Shown one piece after another: positions 50,001 to 64,000 of a stretch of 64,000 nucleotides of DNA. The stretch is taken from positions 50,532,001-50,596,000 of the forward strand of contig NW_024704742.1 of assembly GCF_018977255.1 (NCBI RefSeq). The letters are read 5' to 3'. This DNA is from Callorhinchus milii (taxonomy: Eukaryota). Below the pieces are notes generated by a model, which was given only the letters and a program-made list of their open reading frames with translations, had not been told where the DNA came from and searched no databases. Made by a program: the position numbers and the translations under genes. Every line of letters starts with the position of its first letter. Position 1 is the stretch's first letter.

Positions 50001-51780
50001 GCTGGCTTGATTCCGTCATTCCGTTGCGAGCCATGTCACCTTGGAGCCAATTCAGCTTCAAGGAGACTCTGCTTAGGTTCTTTACAAGAGATTTTCCTCT
50101 GCCTTCAGGTTGTACTCTGAATATTTTGAAAACATCTTCATTTGACTTGCTAAGTCACATTGAGGGTAACGAGTACCTGTATTTGTCCAACAGGTATCTA
50201 CTGCACAGTGGAGGAAGCAGAATATATTGGGCATATATATATTATGCAAACATGTAGTAAATATGCATGTTGTTGTTGAAATAATATGCATGACTCACTC
50301 TCCCAGCTCCAAAAAAGTGGGACAAAAACTAATAAAGGAAAGAAATTGTAATTTTTTTCATATCAATCCTGTTGAAATGTTACAAAGTGTGTAACAGTAA
50401 TTACTATCAACCATACAGTGAATTTTTTTTAGGCAAACATAATGGCTGTTTTGTGCACCACACGATCCCACAACTGAGCATGAGACGAATAACCAATTTA
50501 TCTGGAGGACTAGTGGCATAACAAGGCCCTGGGGGATCCTGGTGCAAGTATCTAAACTTTGTTTACCTATGCTATCTTCGTCTCTGCGTGCTCTCTCACT
50601 CCCTGCAGAGCACATGCGTAATGCGGCTATATAAAGGTGGGAAGAGAACACAAGTCGTTCCACCACCATTGGTTTGGACCCGCATAACCTTGTGGCCCCA
50701 GCATGACTGCACCACTTACACCATCAACTGGGAGAAATTCTCTTCACATGATGCCTATGTTGTTCACATGAAAAACAAGCAAATAGGATCTCTGTTTTAA
50801 TGAGTCAACTGAAGCTTGGCACCTCCAACAATCCTACCTCATAATGCAATAAGGTATCATTTTATAATGACCACCCAGAATGGTCCCACTTCCAGCTCAC
50901 AAGATCATAGAATTGGTCTGGTTGATTGGCCCATTTGATCTCATCATTCCAGAAACACCCACCCTATTATCTCCTCATTACTGCATCAACTTGTTTTATA
51001 AATGAGTCTAGTGGCCTGGCCTAGTCTTTGATTACCTTCTGCATAAAGAAAAAAATCCTGGTATCTGTCCTGAAATTGCCATTTACAACTCTGAATCTGT
51101 GTCCTCTTATTCTACATGTCTTGATACATCCTAAAGTATTCATTTGGGTATACTTTTTGAATCCCATTTAAAATGTTGTACACCTTTCTGAGGTCCCCTC
51201 TGAGTCACCTTCTCTCAAGACTGAAGACTAGCTTGTTTAATCGTTGATCGAATGCTGATGGCACCTCTTTGGCATTTCCAACACTCCAGTAAATCTAGAA
51301 AACACAAATTCTAATCCTCATGTTACAATGGAATCACACTGTAAACACTTTGAAACATCCCTGAATCACATTCACATTCCCAATGTGAAAAGTGCTACAT
51401 AAGTTGTAATTATTGAATGAATTGAAGTCCAGATGTGATGTTTGAACTCAAAACTTTCAAACCTAGGAAATATCCAACAATCTACAAATTGATCACTATT
51501 CACTGTTACCTGTTGAAATGCACCAAAGCGCAATTAGTACAGTATAATAAAAAATGATTACTATTCTCAGAGAGATGTAATGTCCTTTATTGCTGCTAAT
51601 TAGCTAAACTGAAGGCTGTGAAAAGTATAGCTGTGAATTTGGACAAATTTGCCAGTGTGAGGCATTTCACATTCAAGGGTGGAGGCCTTCATTATATAAA
51701 ATTGATGGAAAAGTTAACATTTTCTACATATATAATACACTATTATTATATATTATTATATAGTATATATACATAACAAC

Positions 51781-52073
51781 AATTTTATATAGAGCTTTTA
51801 ACATCTTCTAGACATCTCAAAGAGCTTCACAGAATATACTGTAAAGTGAATTGACTATATTTGTGGGCGAAACGCAGCAGTCAATTGCACACAGCAGTGT
51901 CCCACAAACAGTCATGGATTGAAGTGACCAATTTATTATTGTTTTGTTTCTTGAGGGATTATTATCAGGCGTGTGGAGTAAAGAAACGTGCCCAAGGTTT
52001 CACCTTGCCGGGAATTGAACCCAGGTCTCTCGCTTGTGAGGCGAGTGCTCTAACCACTGAGCTACAGGTCTCC
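51781..52073 (-). mobile_element. Full-length SINE, same family
   Basis: Same family sequence. Confidence 0.9.
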
Positions 52074-55000
52074 ATATAAAATACATTTGGTTAAAAAGAA
52101 GGTAGTAATTGATTAAAGCAAATGTTTTTGTGAGTTCAAATCTGGTTATTTTACAGAAGTTTTAATATACTGCTATGCTGTAAAATATTTAATATTCTGG
52201 GCACTCACATTTTTCAGCAGTTTGAGGTCAAAAGCACTCTATTTTCACGTGGACAATGTAGATTCCTAATGGGTATTGTCAAATGTGGTTGAACGGTGCA
52301 GAAAAGGTACTTGAGATGTCTAAGGGTAATGATTTCACACATGTAATAGCATGTGAGGTTTCTTGAAACTGTAGGTGAGTCTACATCAGAAATATATTAG
52401 TGCACTCTGCTGGCCATTACCTGATCTACATGCAACATTTGCTGACTAAAACCCTCAATATTTCTTGCAAAGCAGGCCCAATGGACCACAGCAATAGTGC
52501 CAACCTAAGGTGAGAAATTCCTTGGGGCGATAATGTTTGTGGCCACATTATAATGCACCAACAAATGATGAATATTAGTGTTTGAGCCTTTATTTTCCTT
52601 CAATATTCTGTCCCTGCAAAATTGGTTCAAACCATCTAACTAGCAAATGGTTCATTAATTTACCTTGTTAGAGGAAGTAAAGTGAGCACTCATCTACTAT
52701 TCTAAAGGCCTGAAGGCACAGCTTCACAGTACTAGGAAGGTTAAGTCTGACTTGGCATTAGACTATCACAGAAATGTGAATTTAGTGTATTTTGTGAGCA
52801 CAAGGAACTTAATAAAAGTAACTGGTGAATTTCATTAAGTTCCGTGGAAATTAAATTACTGATCTAACACCCCAAGACAATTAACCAACTGAAAAAGAGC
52901 ATGAGTTGAATATAATAATGGGCTGAACTCAAAATTTCCACAATCGTACACATTAAATGAAATAAGGATCATACCCCAAACATGAGACCATAGCTCAGAT
53001 AATAATAATAATAAAAATCCTTGCATTTGATATAGTGCCTCCTCACATCTTTGAGATACTGTAGATATTTGATGATAATAATAATAATCCTTGCATTTGG
53101 TGTAGCGCTTTATGTGGTCAAAACATCTCAAACACTTTGGCTGGATAAATGGGTAAACGAGGAAAGCAAGAACATTAAATGAAATCACATGCTTGTCACA
53201 GCAACTTTGTCGAGCACAAAATGAGGTTATTTTATTCTGATAGCTAAAAATCCATTGTAATCACAACAAATGTAAGTTCTATTTAGAGCGATCAGAGCAA
53301 AATAATCTTTGTATTTGATATTGCGTCTATAACACTCAAAAGTGCCTTACAAAGAGGTAATTGCTGTAAAGTCCAGTGAACGTAGCTGTGTCCCAAAAAT
53401 AGCCATGAATTGAATTTACCTGGAGGAATGTTGGCGAAGACACCAGAGAAACTTCCTTCACTTTACAAATAGTGTTGTGAGATCTTTAACATGAATCCTC
53501 CAATAATGCAGTGCTCCTCCACCACTGCATTAGAGTCAGTGTCTATGCTATAGACCCCAAGCCTAGCTCAAAGTCTTGATGTGGGTTTTGAACTCCCAAC
53601 CTTCATCAACCAGAGGCGAGAGTGATACCAACAGAGCCAAGCTGATAGCTACCCGACCCCAGTGTGTGAGTCTGCATTGTAAATTGTGTACAGATTGTTG
53701 AATGTTTTTGAAAGAACCTCTCAGTTATATCTTGTGTTCAGGTAAGTGAGCTGGGAATAATGACTTGCTTCACATATCAAATGATTTTGTCATACTACCA
53801 GCTTAAATTTCTAATTGTCACATATTGAAATATTAAATATATTTTTTAGATAATCTGTTTGGTGAGCAACTGAAGTGGCACACATGTGCCTGTTACATGT
53901 AGTTAGTTGCAAAGCTACATGCTCGCTCTGATAAGTTTTACTTTTATTCTCCTGATATTTTGATTTTGATCATTTATATCAGAGGCAAAAATTTAGCCTC
54001 GTTGTATAGAAAATAATTAGAATACATGGTATGGTTGAGCTCTGTTACATTGTGGTAGTCTGTGTGTGGGGGGAGTGGGTGTCCATAAAATATTAACCCA
54101 GGGAGTGGTGTCATTGGCAACCTAATGGCCTGGAAGTTATCTATTTTTTAGCACGAGCAACAGCCATCGCACAGAAAGCGAGCTGGCCGGCTTTTTATAT
54201 TTTGATGAATAAATGCCAAGGAGCACACCCGATTGAGGTGCGTTGTAACAATGTTCCACTGTACTCGCTTCTGTGTCTGTCTATATTTTCTGTTCTGATT
54301 AATGGGATATTCACATCCTGGGAACAAATCTAGAGAAAATTTAACTGGAATTGACAGGAGATGTAATAATGCTTTTTACGCTCATGTTAACACAGACAGA
54401 ATTAAAATGTATATAGTAATAAAATAAAAGTCACAGAGTTTTATAATAATAATCTTTGCATTTGATATAGTGCTTCTCACGTCTTTGAGAACTTTCAAAG
54501 CACTTCAATATAAATATAAATGCAGTGTGATGTTTATTTGTACAGTGTATTTGTACTTTGGTGATAAAAATCTATCGCTTTCCTGACTTGTATATTGACT
54601 CTTAATAGATCATTGGACTTCATTGTTAATCTGCAAAAGAAAGTTAATGCAAAGGAAACCCATAGGATTTTGCTACAAAATGGTTTTGATTGCAGGAAAA
54701 TTTCACTGTAAAAAGTTTAATGAAAGGTACCTTCATATTAATTTTGGCTTTCTACTAAAGGAAAAAGAAATCAGATCTCTTTTAAAATATTATTTCCTGC
54801 AAATAATATTTCATGGCAAAAAGATCTGGATTATACTGAGCTTCCTGCTGAAAATTCATATACATTTTTTGTCTAAGTCTAGCTTCCTTTTTTCTCCCAA
54901 ATGTCTTTCATCATGGTTCTAGCAATCCTCCATTGTTTCCAAGTATTCTGGGTTCACATCTGGATTATTTGGCTTCTTCAGGAAGTATTGAAAATGCAAA

Positions 55001-56358
55001 GTACACATTGCACACGGTGCCTTTTCATTAGCTCCTTTGGTGTCATTGGGTTCTGTTATTACATGGTACATAATTTGAGGAATTTATTATTAGAGGGAAT
55101 TACAGGTACCCTTAATTATGTAGTTAACAACTAATTACTTTAATTGAATGTCTGTTTCTTTATGATCTCCAATGCCTATATTCATCAAAATAAATATATC
55201 CTTTGGTATGTGATGTTTACATTGGAAATACATTTTTACTCTGAGCATTCAGGTCTTTAGATTAGTCACTTTCCAGTTAAATAATTATTTACACCTAATC
55301 TCAACTTCACTTTTCACAGGTACTGTACTGTTTTGGATTTCCAATAGGACTTGCACACAGGTCATTATCAAAGGTGTAGTATTTGTAGTGGGAAATTTGC
55401 AATATGTAATGTAATAAATGTCAACATCATTATAAGATATAGTAGTTTATGACAAATTTTGGGCTGAATACCCTTCTGAATTTTAGTGAATGGTTTCTTC
55501 CTTCTTTTCAACATTGTATGAGCATCCTTTTTTAAAAAACTGTATGAAAATGTTACTAAATTTTAGCCACAAGAATTTTGACTTGCATTTTAGTTTTAAA
55601 TTATTTTGGTTCTGAAAAATCTGAGCTGAGCGGGGGTGGGGGGCGGGGGAATAGATTTTGAGTTGCTTGAAAAGAAATCTTAAAAGGCAGAGGAGTTCGA
55701 TTAGACTAAGTGACCAAAGTGGAGGAAAAACATCAGAGCAAATTTGATAGGCTGACTAGCCTGTTTCAGTGCCATATTATTATATGACTGAAACATGACT
55801 TTATGCTGGTATGATTTTGCTTTGGAAAAGTTAACCCAGAACAATACTTTAGGATCCACCAAGAGAATAGAACAAGAATACATAGTTTTAAAGTAGCAAA
55901 AGTCAATTTTAGGATAGACACAACCAAGTTTTTCTGTACCCAGTAGGTAATTGATGACTGGAACTGGTTCCCAGGAAAGGTGGTTGAGGCCAGATCATTT
56001 TAATATTTTTTTTAAAAAACGCAATGGGAGGGTAGGTGTTCTGAAAGGATGCGATTCTTCATCTGAATTAATCTAGTGTGAAAGCTCACTGCTACTAACT
56101 GGTAGAAAATATAATCTTCAGAAACCCTTAACTACTTTTTTGAGAGTTAAGTATTTTCTGTTTTCCCTATTCGTTTAATTTTGATTTGCTTTGTATGACA
56201 GATAATCCATATGATCCAAATAGTTAGTTGTTCTCTTGTTCTTTATGTTCACCAGTTGATTAAATTAAATTAGATACTGATTCAGTTATATAACTGAGAA
56301 TTCTGGTTAAAAGGGCTGAATCATCCTGCAAAAACAGCAGTATTCAATATTGTATTGT

Positions 56359-56800
56359 TCAACAACAACCTGTAAGGCACCTTGCATGTAGCACTTATAT
56401 AGCACATGTTACACCTCAAAGCACCTCACAGAGACAGTAAGGGAGCCCAAGCAGCATAGGGGATGTGGATTGGGCAGAGACAAGAGGATGTTGACTGAAA
56501 GCCTAATCAAATACATAGGATTTTAGAAGGGTTTTAAAAGTGGAGAGGGAGGATGCAAGTCAGAGATTTGGGGAGTGTTCCAGAAAGCAAAGTGGCTGAA
56601 AATGCTCTAATCTTTTCTTCCCTCCTACCACCCCAATAGACTGGCAGAGGGGGCTAGGAATATGGAACAGGCCTGAGATATCAACAGAAGGAGTGGGACT
56701 GCATGAGATCAAGGAATTAGAGTGGGGCATGGAAGGATTTGAAAATTAGCACAATGATCTTAAAGTTAATCTGCTGGGGAATAAACAGCCAGAGAGCCTC
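56359..56800 (-). mobile_element. Diverged L2 3' fragment
   Basis: (CAA)n start and purine-rich antisense L2 sequence. Confidence 0.6.
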
Positions 56801-57928
56801 ACAAGGATGTAACCTTTATAATGTAATTTTGAGTTCTGAACTGTTTCAAAGGAACATTCTACATCATTGATCCTATTTTAAAAACAATTTTACAGGTGAT
56901 GATTAACTTCATTGCAATACTTCCCTATAATTGGCTCATCACTGTGTCTATAGCAGAAGTATTTTTATTTTTATATGATTTTCAAAATGGCCTTACCTAC
57001 AAGGTAGTGACTGTCATGAAATCGATAGTATGGCACTGTGACAGAAAAGTTCAGTAACTGGAACTGCAGAGTTATAGGGATGCGATTAATGAATGCACAA
57101 CTACAAGACCATTCCCTTTGGATTTGGTTGCTTTCTTGAGCTTTAATTCTATTTCCAGTCGTTCATGTATGTAAACTCAAAACTGTGACTTTACCTTCAA
57201 TAGTCAGGGCATGTCCAGTCAGTAAAATGAATTGGCCCAGTCTCCTCAAGATTATTTTGTGCAGCTTATTGAATTTTCGTTTTTTCTATAGCCCTGAGGG
57301 GATTCAAAGCAATCAGAGTACTTGTTTCTAAAATGAAACATCTACTTGCTGTGTCAGTATTAGGTTTACTCCCAGGGAGTTTGAGGATTGTATAAATCAA
57401 TATACTTTCAAACTTTTTTTAAAAATAAACTATCATCTTGGGTGCAATTCTGCTTCTTTCATTTGGCAGTATTAGGTTTCTTGGTGTTCCCAGTGCAGAA
57501 ATGAGCACCGACTTTCCATTTTGGACCACAATGTTTGAATATCCATAAATTGGATGAGCAGACATATTTAGCTATTAAACTGTCTGGAAATATAAATATA
57601 GATATTAAACTGCCTTGTCTTTTCATCATAGAAATTGGCCGGCTCCTGATTCTGGTAATTAATCACCACTGTTCTACGCAGTTTAGTTGTTGAAAAGGTA
57701 GGGTGTTTCTTGCAATTGTAAATTGACCAGTCTGCTTTGCTACTTCCACCAACTTTATAGAATATGACGTCAGAGACAGGTTGAGCTTTACTTTTTCTTT
57801 GTATTCAGTTTCTATTTTTAAATACCTGCAATCACCCAGATTTAAGTGTGAATTAATTGCCAATGACTTTACAGAAGCCCTGGAACAAGAAAACTCCTCA
57901 TAAATGGCACTTTGATCTGTAAGAACTG

Positions 57929-58236
57929 CAGAATATACTGTAAATTGAATTGACTGTATATTTTGGGGCAAAACCAGCAGCCAATACATACAGCAGTGTC
58001 CCACAAACAGTTGTGGATTAAATGACCAAATATATTCATTTTATTAAATTTATTTTTGTTTTCAAGGAATTATTACCCCCGGAAACGTGACCGCCAATCG
58101 ACTTACAACCAGGTACCTACTTACTGCTAGGTGGAGGCGTGTGAAGTAAACTTGCCCAACATTTTGCTTTGCCGGGAATAGAACCCAGGTCTCTCGTTTG
58201 CGAGGCGAGTCCTCTAACCACTAAGTTAAGAAGGCC
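57929..58236 (-). mobile_element. SINE, longer subfamily (extra ~60-nt internal segment); also 7507-7810 (+) and 63822-64000 (+)
   Basis: Shared segment CTAGCAGTAAG...GGTTGT...CGATT absent from the short copies. Confidence 0.85.
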
Positions 58237-58539
58237 ACGTGTCTTGTATAAGAACATCATTTGACAGCATCTTCAGTTAAATGCCATTCATTTTTTGGTC
58301 AGTGGCCCACTGCTCCCATTGATAAAGCACCTGAAAACGGTTTTCTTCGATGAATGGCTCTATATCATGTGAAGCACTTTCCGAAGTCTTACGAAGATAA
58401 GGTGCTGTATGAAATGCAAGTTTTTATATATATATATATATAGTTGTGGGTTAAGCGGGTATTAAGAAAGAAGGTCTGCGATCGTGTAAAGAAACAATCA
58501 TAAGCTTTTAATGAAACGCACTGCACCATGTGTGGTGGA

Positions 58540-59040
58540 GGTCATTGACGTGCACTCCCAAACAATCTGCTCAGCTCAGCTGCGGGTACCAAAGGCAATT
58601 GTAGCCCAAACGCAGCTAAATACCCGCCCAAAAGTAGTCCAATATTCTGCGCGGTCCACTGTGGGTGGCAGAGAAAATGTCTTCAAAGGAGGTGGAGACG
58701 TTTTGTAGGTTTCAATGTTTTTTTTAAAAAATGCGGCACTCGCTCAAAGCTTTTTTGTTCACGCTCAGTACCGTACAAACGAGCCCAATTGGGCGTGAAG
58801 CCGCCCAACCCGCACCATTGATCGCAGACCTCCTCAGCTCCTCCCCGCACCTCCCAGTGGGCACCGCAGGTTTCCCTCAGTCCCCAGGTGTGTGGTGTGG
58901 AGGGGAGATGGCGGCTCCTCACTGACACCCTTGTGCCCCAGGCCCTGCCCCGCTTCTCGTCGCAGATCCCACAGCGAGCAGTGGGAGCTGTCACGGTCAG
59001 AGTATTCCGGTGTAAATGCCTCACTGCGGCAGCCACAGCA
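58540..59040 (+). promoter_or_regulatory. ATP10D: CpG-rich candidate promoter / non-coding first exon of ATP10D
   Basis: Local CpG enrichment, GC boxes (58624, 58801), palindromic CCAAT GCCCAATTGGGC 58783-58794, possible donors at 58888, 58996 and 59012; the first coding exon has an acceptor, so an upstream exon is required. Confidence 0.65.
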
Positions 59041-59205
59041 GTTGTATTTTTGAACAGCGTTAATTTCTGTAAAAATTGGGTTGTTCTTAGCAATAGGGAT
59101 TTTTGCCTTCTGTGTTTATAGAAACTGATTTTTTTCTTTTATGTATCAATGTCTTCATATGCCATGCAGCACTGTTAAGCACCTTGAGATGTCCTCCCTA
59201 CCCAA

Positions 59206-59401
59206 TTAATAATAATCCCTCAAGAGAAAAACAATAAAATTGTTCACTTCGATCCACGACTGTCTGTGGGGCACTGCTGTGCGCAATTGGCTGCCGCGTT
59301 TTGGCCACAAATATACGGTCAATTCACTTTACAGTCTATTCTGAGAAGCGCTTTGAGACGTCGAGAAGACGTGAAAAGCGCTTTACCAAATGCAAAGATT
59401 T
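59206..59401 (+). mobile_element. 5'-truncated SINE, same family
   Basis: Starts at internal TAATAATAATCC; core and tail present. Confidence 0.88.
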
Positions 59402-60139
59402 TTTTACCTGAAATGAATTATATTAATATATTCTTACACGTCACAAAGAGCCTATTCCTTCATGCCCAATTGTCCTGAAAAGTGGTTTCTACACGATAGC
59501 ATTCATTGACAACAGTGATAGAAATTTATTTTTAATACAAATTTTAAGTATCTCCAGCGATTAATGGGTAAGGGCTACACAACAACTACTTGCACTTACA
59601 TAGCACCCTACACGCAGGGTCGTGTCCCGGAGCCTACACAGCTATACACAGGCTGTAGGTTCCCATCCCAGTCTGGTGTATCAGTTAGTCTCAGCCAGGG
59701 CAACAGTTGGGGTAGCGACAATTTGCCTCAGGGTGGTTGGGAAAAGTCAGCCAGGTTTCGTACGACTTGACACATGCTGGATATTACATAGATATTGGGT
59801 CAGGATGTTCAAGTTCGATTGTGGTGCTCCTCAATGTTAAGTAACCTTCCTTAATTTACTGTTAAGGCTCCAAAAATATTGACCACTTGGAAGGCATTTG
59901 CCTGTCGACTCTTAAAAAGTAGAAGCGTAAAAGAGTGAAACGTCTTAAGTAGAGAGCAATAGAGTTTCATTCATTAAATGTACTGTTAAAGCAATAACAG
60001 TCTTCAACATTAATATTTTCACAATTAAATCTATCTGCAACAGCATTGATTTTTGACACACTTTGTATTCTTGTTTTCTAGCTGAGATCTGGTTAATCCA
60101 GAACATTCTAAACATACCTGCTGGTCAGAAACTACCAAG

Positions 60140-60414
60140 ATGGAAAACCCCATCCAATGGGCGCGCTATAGATGGCAGAGATTACTGTCTACAGATGGAA
60201 GTAGTAACCGAGGCATTTTATCAACAATCCAAGGGTGGTTCAAGACTTCTCAGACACAGAAAAATGGACACAAAAACAGAATAGTTGTTGCCTCCTTTGC
60301 AGGATTAGAGGAGTATGAAAAGATCACCAAGTATTACGTGAATAATAGAATTCAAACCACTAAATACACCCTGCTAAACTTTGTTCCTCGGAATTTATTT
60401 GAGCAGTTTCACAG
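60140..60414 (+). CDS. ATP10D: P4-type phospholipid/glucosylceramide flippase ATP10D, first coding exon (exon starts 60082)
   Basis: [15 protein letters not shown]...[27 protein letters not shown] resembles human MTEALQWARYHWRRL...[27 protein letters not shown]; acceptor TTTTCTAG| at 60081, Kozak AAGATGG, phase-2 donor CAG|GTAATG; adjacent to COMMD8 as in human. Confidence 0.95.
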
Positions 60415-60536
60415 GTAATGTCTTAAATATAATAGTTTTTGAATATAAACTGTGGGTGTGGAATTGTTTTGCTTTGAATGCTTTATCTGCCAACTTTGTT
60501 CTCTTCATTTTCCTTGAAAGTGCATTGGTTATCATT

Positions 60537-60727
60537 TAAGGTGGTCTAACTTTTTTGCTGCTGAGGGCCGGATGCCCAATTTGAGGAATGACCGCGGGCC
60601 GCATAAGTAATAATTTTGTGTTTTTCCAGAAACATAACATTAATGAGTTATGGAGGGAGTGGTGGGCCAGACAAATTGGAGGGAGGGGGCTGGATAAAAT
60701 CGGCGGGACACCAGTTGGACTACCCTG
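60537..60727. mobile_element. Non-autonomous hAT (Charlie/MER58-like) MITE in ATP10D intron
   Basis: Imperfect TIRs AGGTGGTCTAACT / AGTTGGACTACCCTG, internal GAGGGCCG and GCGGGCCGCA motifs, ATTTAAG at 60534 and 60728. Confidence 0.7.
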
Positions 60728-61920
60728 ATTTAAGTAATGCTGCAGTCGAGGGATTCACACTATAGAAAATCTGTATGGTTTGTAAAGTGAATCTCTGCAA
60801 ATGTTTTTTAAGTGAAGGAGAATGAATTTACAATTTACTTTGGAGGAACAGGGTGGAATTTAATTCTCTTATAACTACACTGAAATGTAATTGAATGCAT
60901 TTCTGCTACTATACAGTAACTCCAACAACGAAGTGACAACTATTGTCTCCTTGATATATATATTTTTGGGGGTCAGCCGGGTGTGTGCCACATACAAAAA
61001 CCCATCAGCAACTTGCACTTATATAGTGCCCTCCATGCATGTTAGCGTCTCAGAGCGCTTAAACAGTGATGGAGCCTGATTCCGGGAGTGGGGGGAGTGA
61101 CCATAAGCATGGTCGAAATGGAATTTTAAGACAACGGTATCAGACTTTATATTAATTATAAAATGCTTTTATTTCGATTATGTAACTGCATCAAATGTGA
61201 ACAGCCTGATTCTTTCGTTTTATAGTTTCTTACAGTGAACTTCAGTTACTGTTCTAACATTCTGGCTTCGTTGAATTCCACATAGTGTACCAAGTACACA
61301 TGGAAGTTTCCGTGTCTGGAATGGAATACACACTCTCTCCTTGGAGGAGCACGCCCTGCTTACCTACTTCCAGAGAGTATTTGGCAAGAGCCAAAGCTTC
61401 TCTCGCCCAATACTCTCCAGAAGTAGGTAAAACCTTGGGGACCCCAGAGTGTTTGTCGGGGTATTGCTGGAGTTAAACCACCAAAAAACGCATTTGAGAG
61501 CTTGCCTTTGAGAGCACTGTAGCAACCTCACTGCTTGTCCAGCTCGGATCACACTACTCGTTAGGGCTTGGCTTGCAGGGTTAACAAGAGCTGAATCAAT
61601 GGGAGGAATGCTTTCCTCCCATTGATTCAGCTCAATAGAGTCAGCTCTATAGATACCCCATTTATCTCCCCTTCTAGAAGGATTGTTCTATAGAGCCAGA
61701 TAATCTTTCCCTCCATTGTCCTTTTGGAGATGCTGAGCAGATCCAGTACTAATTCAAATAGTATGAGTTGTTTCCGCAGTCGTTGGTATAGTTGCAACAT
61801 GGAATTATTCATGCAGAGCAAATTTGTCAATTTCAAAAAAATTCTCTTTGATAAAGATGTTGTTATTGAGGTATTCCAGTTATTTCCCCATCATTCATTT
61901 TTCCATTTTGTGTCTTTCAG

Positions 61921-62115
61921 GGTTGCAAACATTTACTTCCTGTTTATAGTGGCACTAAACTGGGTGCCGTTAGTGGAAGCTTTTAAGAAGGAGATAACTA
62001 TGATGCCTTTGGTGATAGTTCTTCTAATTATTGCAATTAAAGATGCGATTGAAGATTTCAGGCGCTATAAGTTCGATCAACAGTTAAACAACCGAGTAAC
62101 TGATGTGTATGACAA
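61921..62115 (+). CDS. ATP10D: ATP10D second coding exon (TM1-TM2); gene continues past window end
   Basis: 195 nt; acceptor TCTTTCAG|, donor AA|GTAAGC; VANIYFLFIVALNWVPLVEAFKKEITMMPLVIVLLIIAIKDAIEDFRRYKFD; phase joins the previous exon. Confidence 0.95.
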
Positions 62116-62650
62116 GTAAGCCTAGAAGTTTTCCCTTCACCCTTTTTGGCAAATATGTTGCCTTTAATACATTAAACAGAATAGTATGATTATTTATCAG
62201 AATACAATAACACTTCTAAATTTTATTTGTGTTTTGAATATTTGCAGTATTTAATAGCAATGACTGACGTTCACTTTAACAATCAGCCTTAATGTAACCC
62301 TCCCATCAGCATTACAGGTTTGTGAATTTAGTGGATTAAAATTAAAATAGAACATTTGTATGAATTAAGAACAAATCTAGAAGTATTCTCCCCTGCACTT
62401 TGTAAGTAGATTCTCTCAGCCTATAGAATCTAGTGTTTTATGCCGAGTACATGTACCCCCCTACACTTTGCCAAGACTTTCCAAATGATGATATTACACC
62501 ACATACCAGCAGATAATGTCCGTATAGATTTCTTAAAAGAGGCACTGCCATGAAGAGACACTCTGACAACTGAACTTTTTATCAAAAGGAAAGATTGAGG
62601 GGAGATGTATTTTAGATTTTGAGAATGGGAGAGTTGGATAACATAATATA

Positions 62651-62918
62651 TAATAATAATAATAATAATCCTTGCATTTGATATAGCGCTTTTCACGTCT
62701 TCTTGACATCTCAAAGCGCTTCACAGAATAGACTGTAAAGTGAATTGACTGTATATTTGTGGGCGAACGTGGCAGCCAATTGCGCATAGCAGTGTCCCAC
62801 AAACAGTCGTGGATTGAAAATGACCAATTTATTATTGTTTTGTTTTGGAGGGATTATTATCAGGCGTGTGGAGTAAGGAAACTTGCCCAAGATTTCGCCC
62901 TGCCTGGAATTGAACCCA
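62651..62918 (-). mobile_element. SINE in ATP10D intron
   Basis: Same family; head partly truncated. Confidence 0.9.
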
Positions 62919-64000
62919 TAGATGTAAACAAATAATTTAACGTCGATTGTGAGCAAAGAAACAAAAAATGTCAGCACAAAAGGATGCCATTGTGTCTGTG
63001 CCATCACTACTTCTATTATTTTAATTCACTCTTTATATTAATCCCACTTTCTAATAGAACATGATTACAAAAATTTCTGGAAAAATGAGATTGAGACATT
63101 ACACATAGTTAATATTTGAAATAGACTCCCAGATTAAGTAATTGATTATCTTGTTGCAATCTGTCAATCTAATCCTATTTCAGTGCAACCCTATTGCTTG
63201 TGCTGTCAGTGAGATAATTATTTATTTATATTTAACTCCCAAGTAAGTTTTTAAAAAACATAATGGATCTATGAAGAGTATTTTTTTCAAATAGAGATTA
63301 CTTAGAGATAGAATAAACTGTAATAGACAGAAATGAAAAAGTGAAGTTAAAATAATAGGAGATATATTAAGAGGAAAAGAAAATTGAAGGAATGGAACAC
63401 CAAATGTACAGAAGTGTACATAGGAACAAAGGAATCCACATGAAGAATTATAGGTCACCTGGCTGGTCCTAAATTAAGAAATACATATTATGCCATTTCT
63501 CATACCCATCAAAAGATGTATTCCTCAAAAGCTATCTAATCATCTTTTGCATTTGCTGTCACAATCTCTCTCCACCAACACCCTGTGCAGTTCATTCAAA
63601 TTTGTGTCAATAATTATATACAGTATAAACTACCTGTTTGTCTTCCCTTTTTTGAGCTTCATTCTGTTCCTCCTGTTATAGAATGTGTCACTATGTTAAA
63701 CATATTATTAGGGTTCAGGTTATATATACCCTTTGGCATATTGAATACTTCAATAAGATCACTTCTAGTCTTCCCTCAGCTTTCGTAGCCTCCTTGTAAC
63801 TCAGATTCCAAAGATTCCTGGAGCTTAGTGGTTAAAGCACTTGCCTCGCAAGCAAGAGGAACAGGGTTCAAATCCCAGCAGGGTGAAACATTGGATAAGT
63901 CTCCTTACTCTACACGCCTGTTTATCTAGCAGTAAGAAGGAACCTGGTTGTTAGTCGATTAGACAGATTGCATTTCCAATGATAATAATTCCTTAAAAAA

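Overview
Repeat-rich vertebrate genomic DNA. The tRNA-derived SINE with an L2-type 3' tail, plus L2, CR1 and Deu-type SINE relics, suggests a cartilaginous fish, probably a holocephalan (inference). Two genes are recognisable. COMMD8 is complete on the minus strand: five coding exons, 26015-31872, 176 aa, canonical GT-AG introns, CpG-island promoter. The first two coding exons of the P4-ATPase flippase ATP10D lie on the plus strand (60140-60414, 61921-62115). This divergent arrangement matches human 4p12. The main unexplained signal is at ~6.27-21.4 kb. Once transposon insertions are removed, the remaining unique sequence translates on the minus strand into long, protein-like peptides broken by stops and frameshifts (roughly 5-5.7 kb in total). 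At least one GT-AG intron and a still CpG-rich promoter/first exon at ~21.2-21.6 kb are present. I read this as a unitary pseudogene of a large (~1,700-1,900 aa) protein I cannot identify. Other notable structures: a 77-bp-arm hairpin (4374-4547), a 145-bp inverted duplication (37905-38768), a 38-bp tail-only retroinsertion with a TSD inside the COMMD8 promoter, and a SINE whose internal motif is complementary to its own tail. All translations and alignments were done by eye, and repeat boundaries are approximate.
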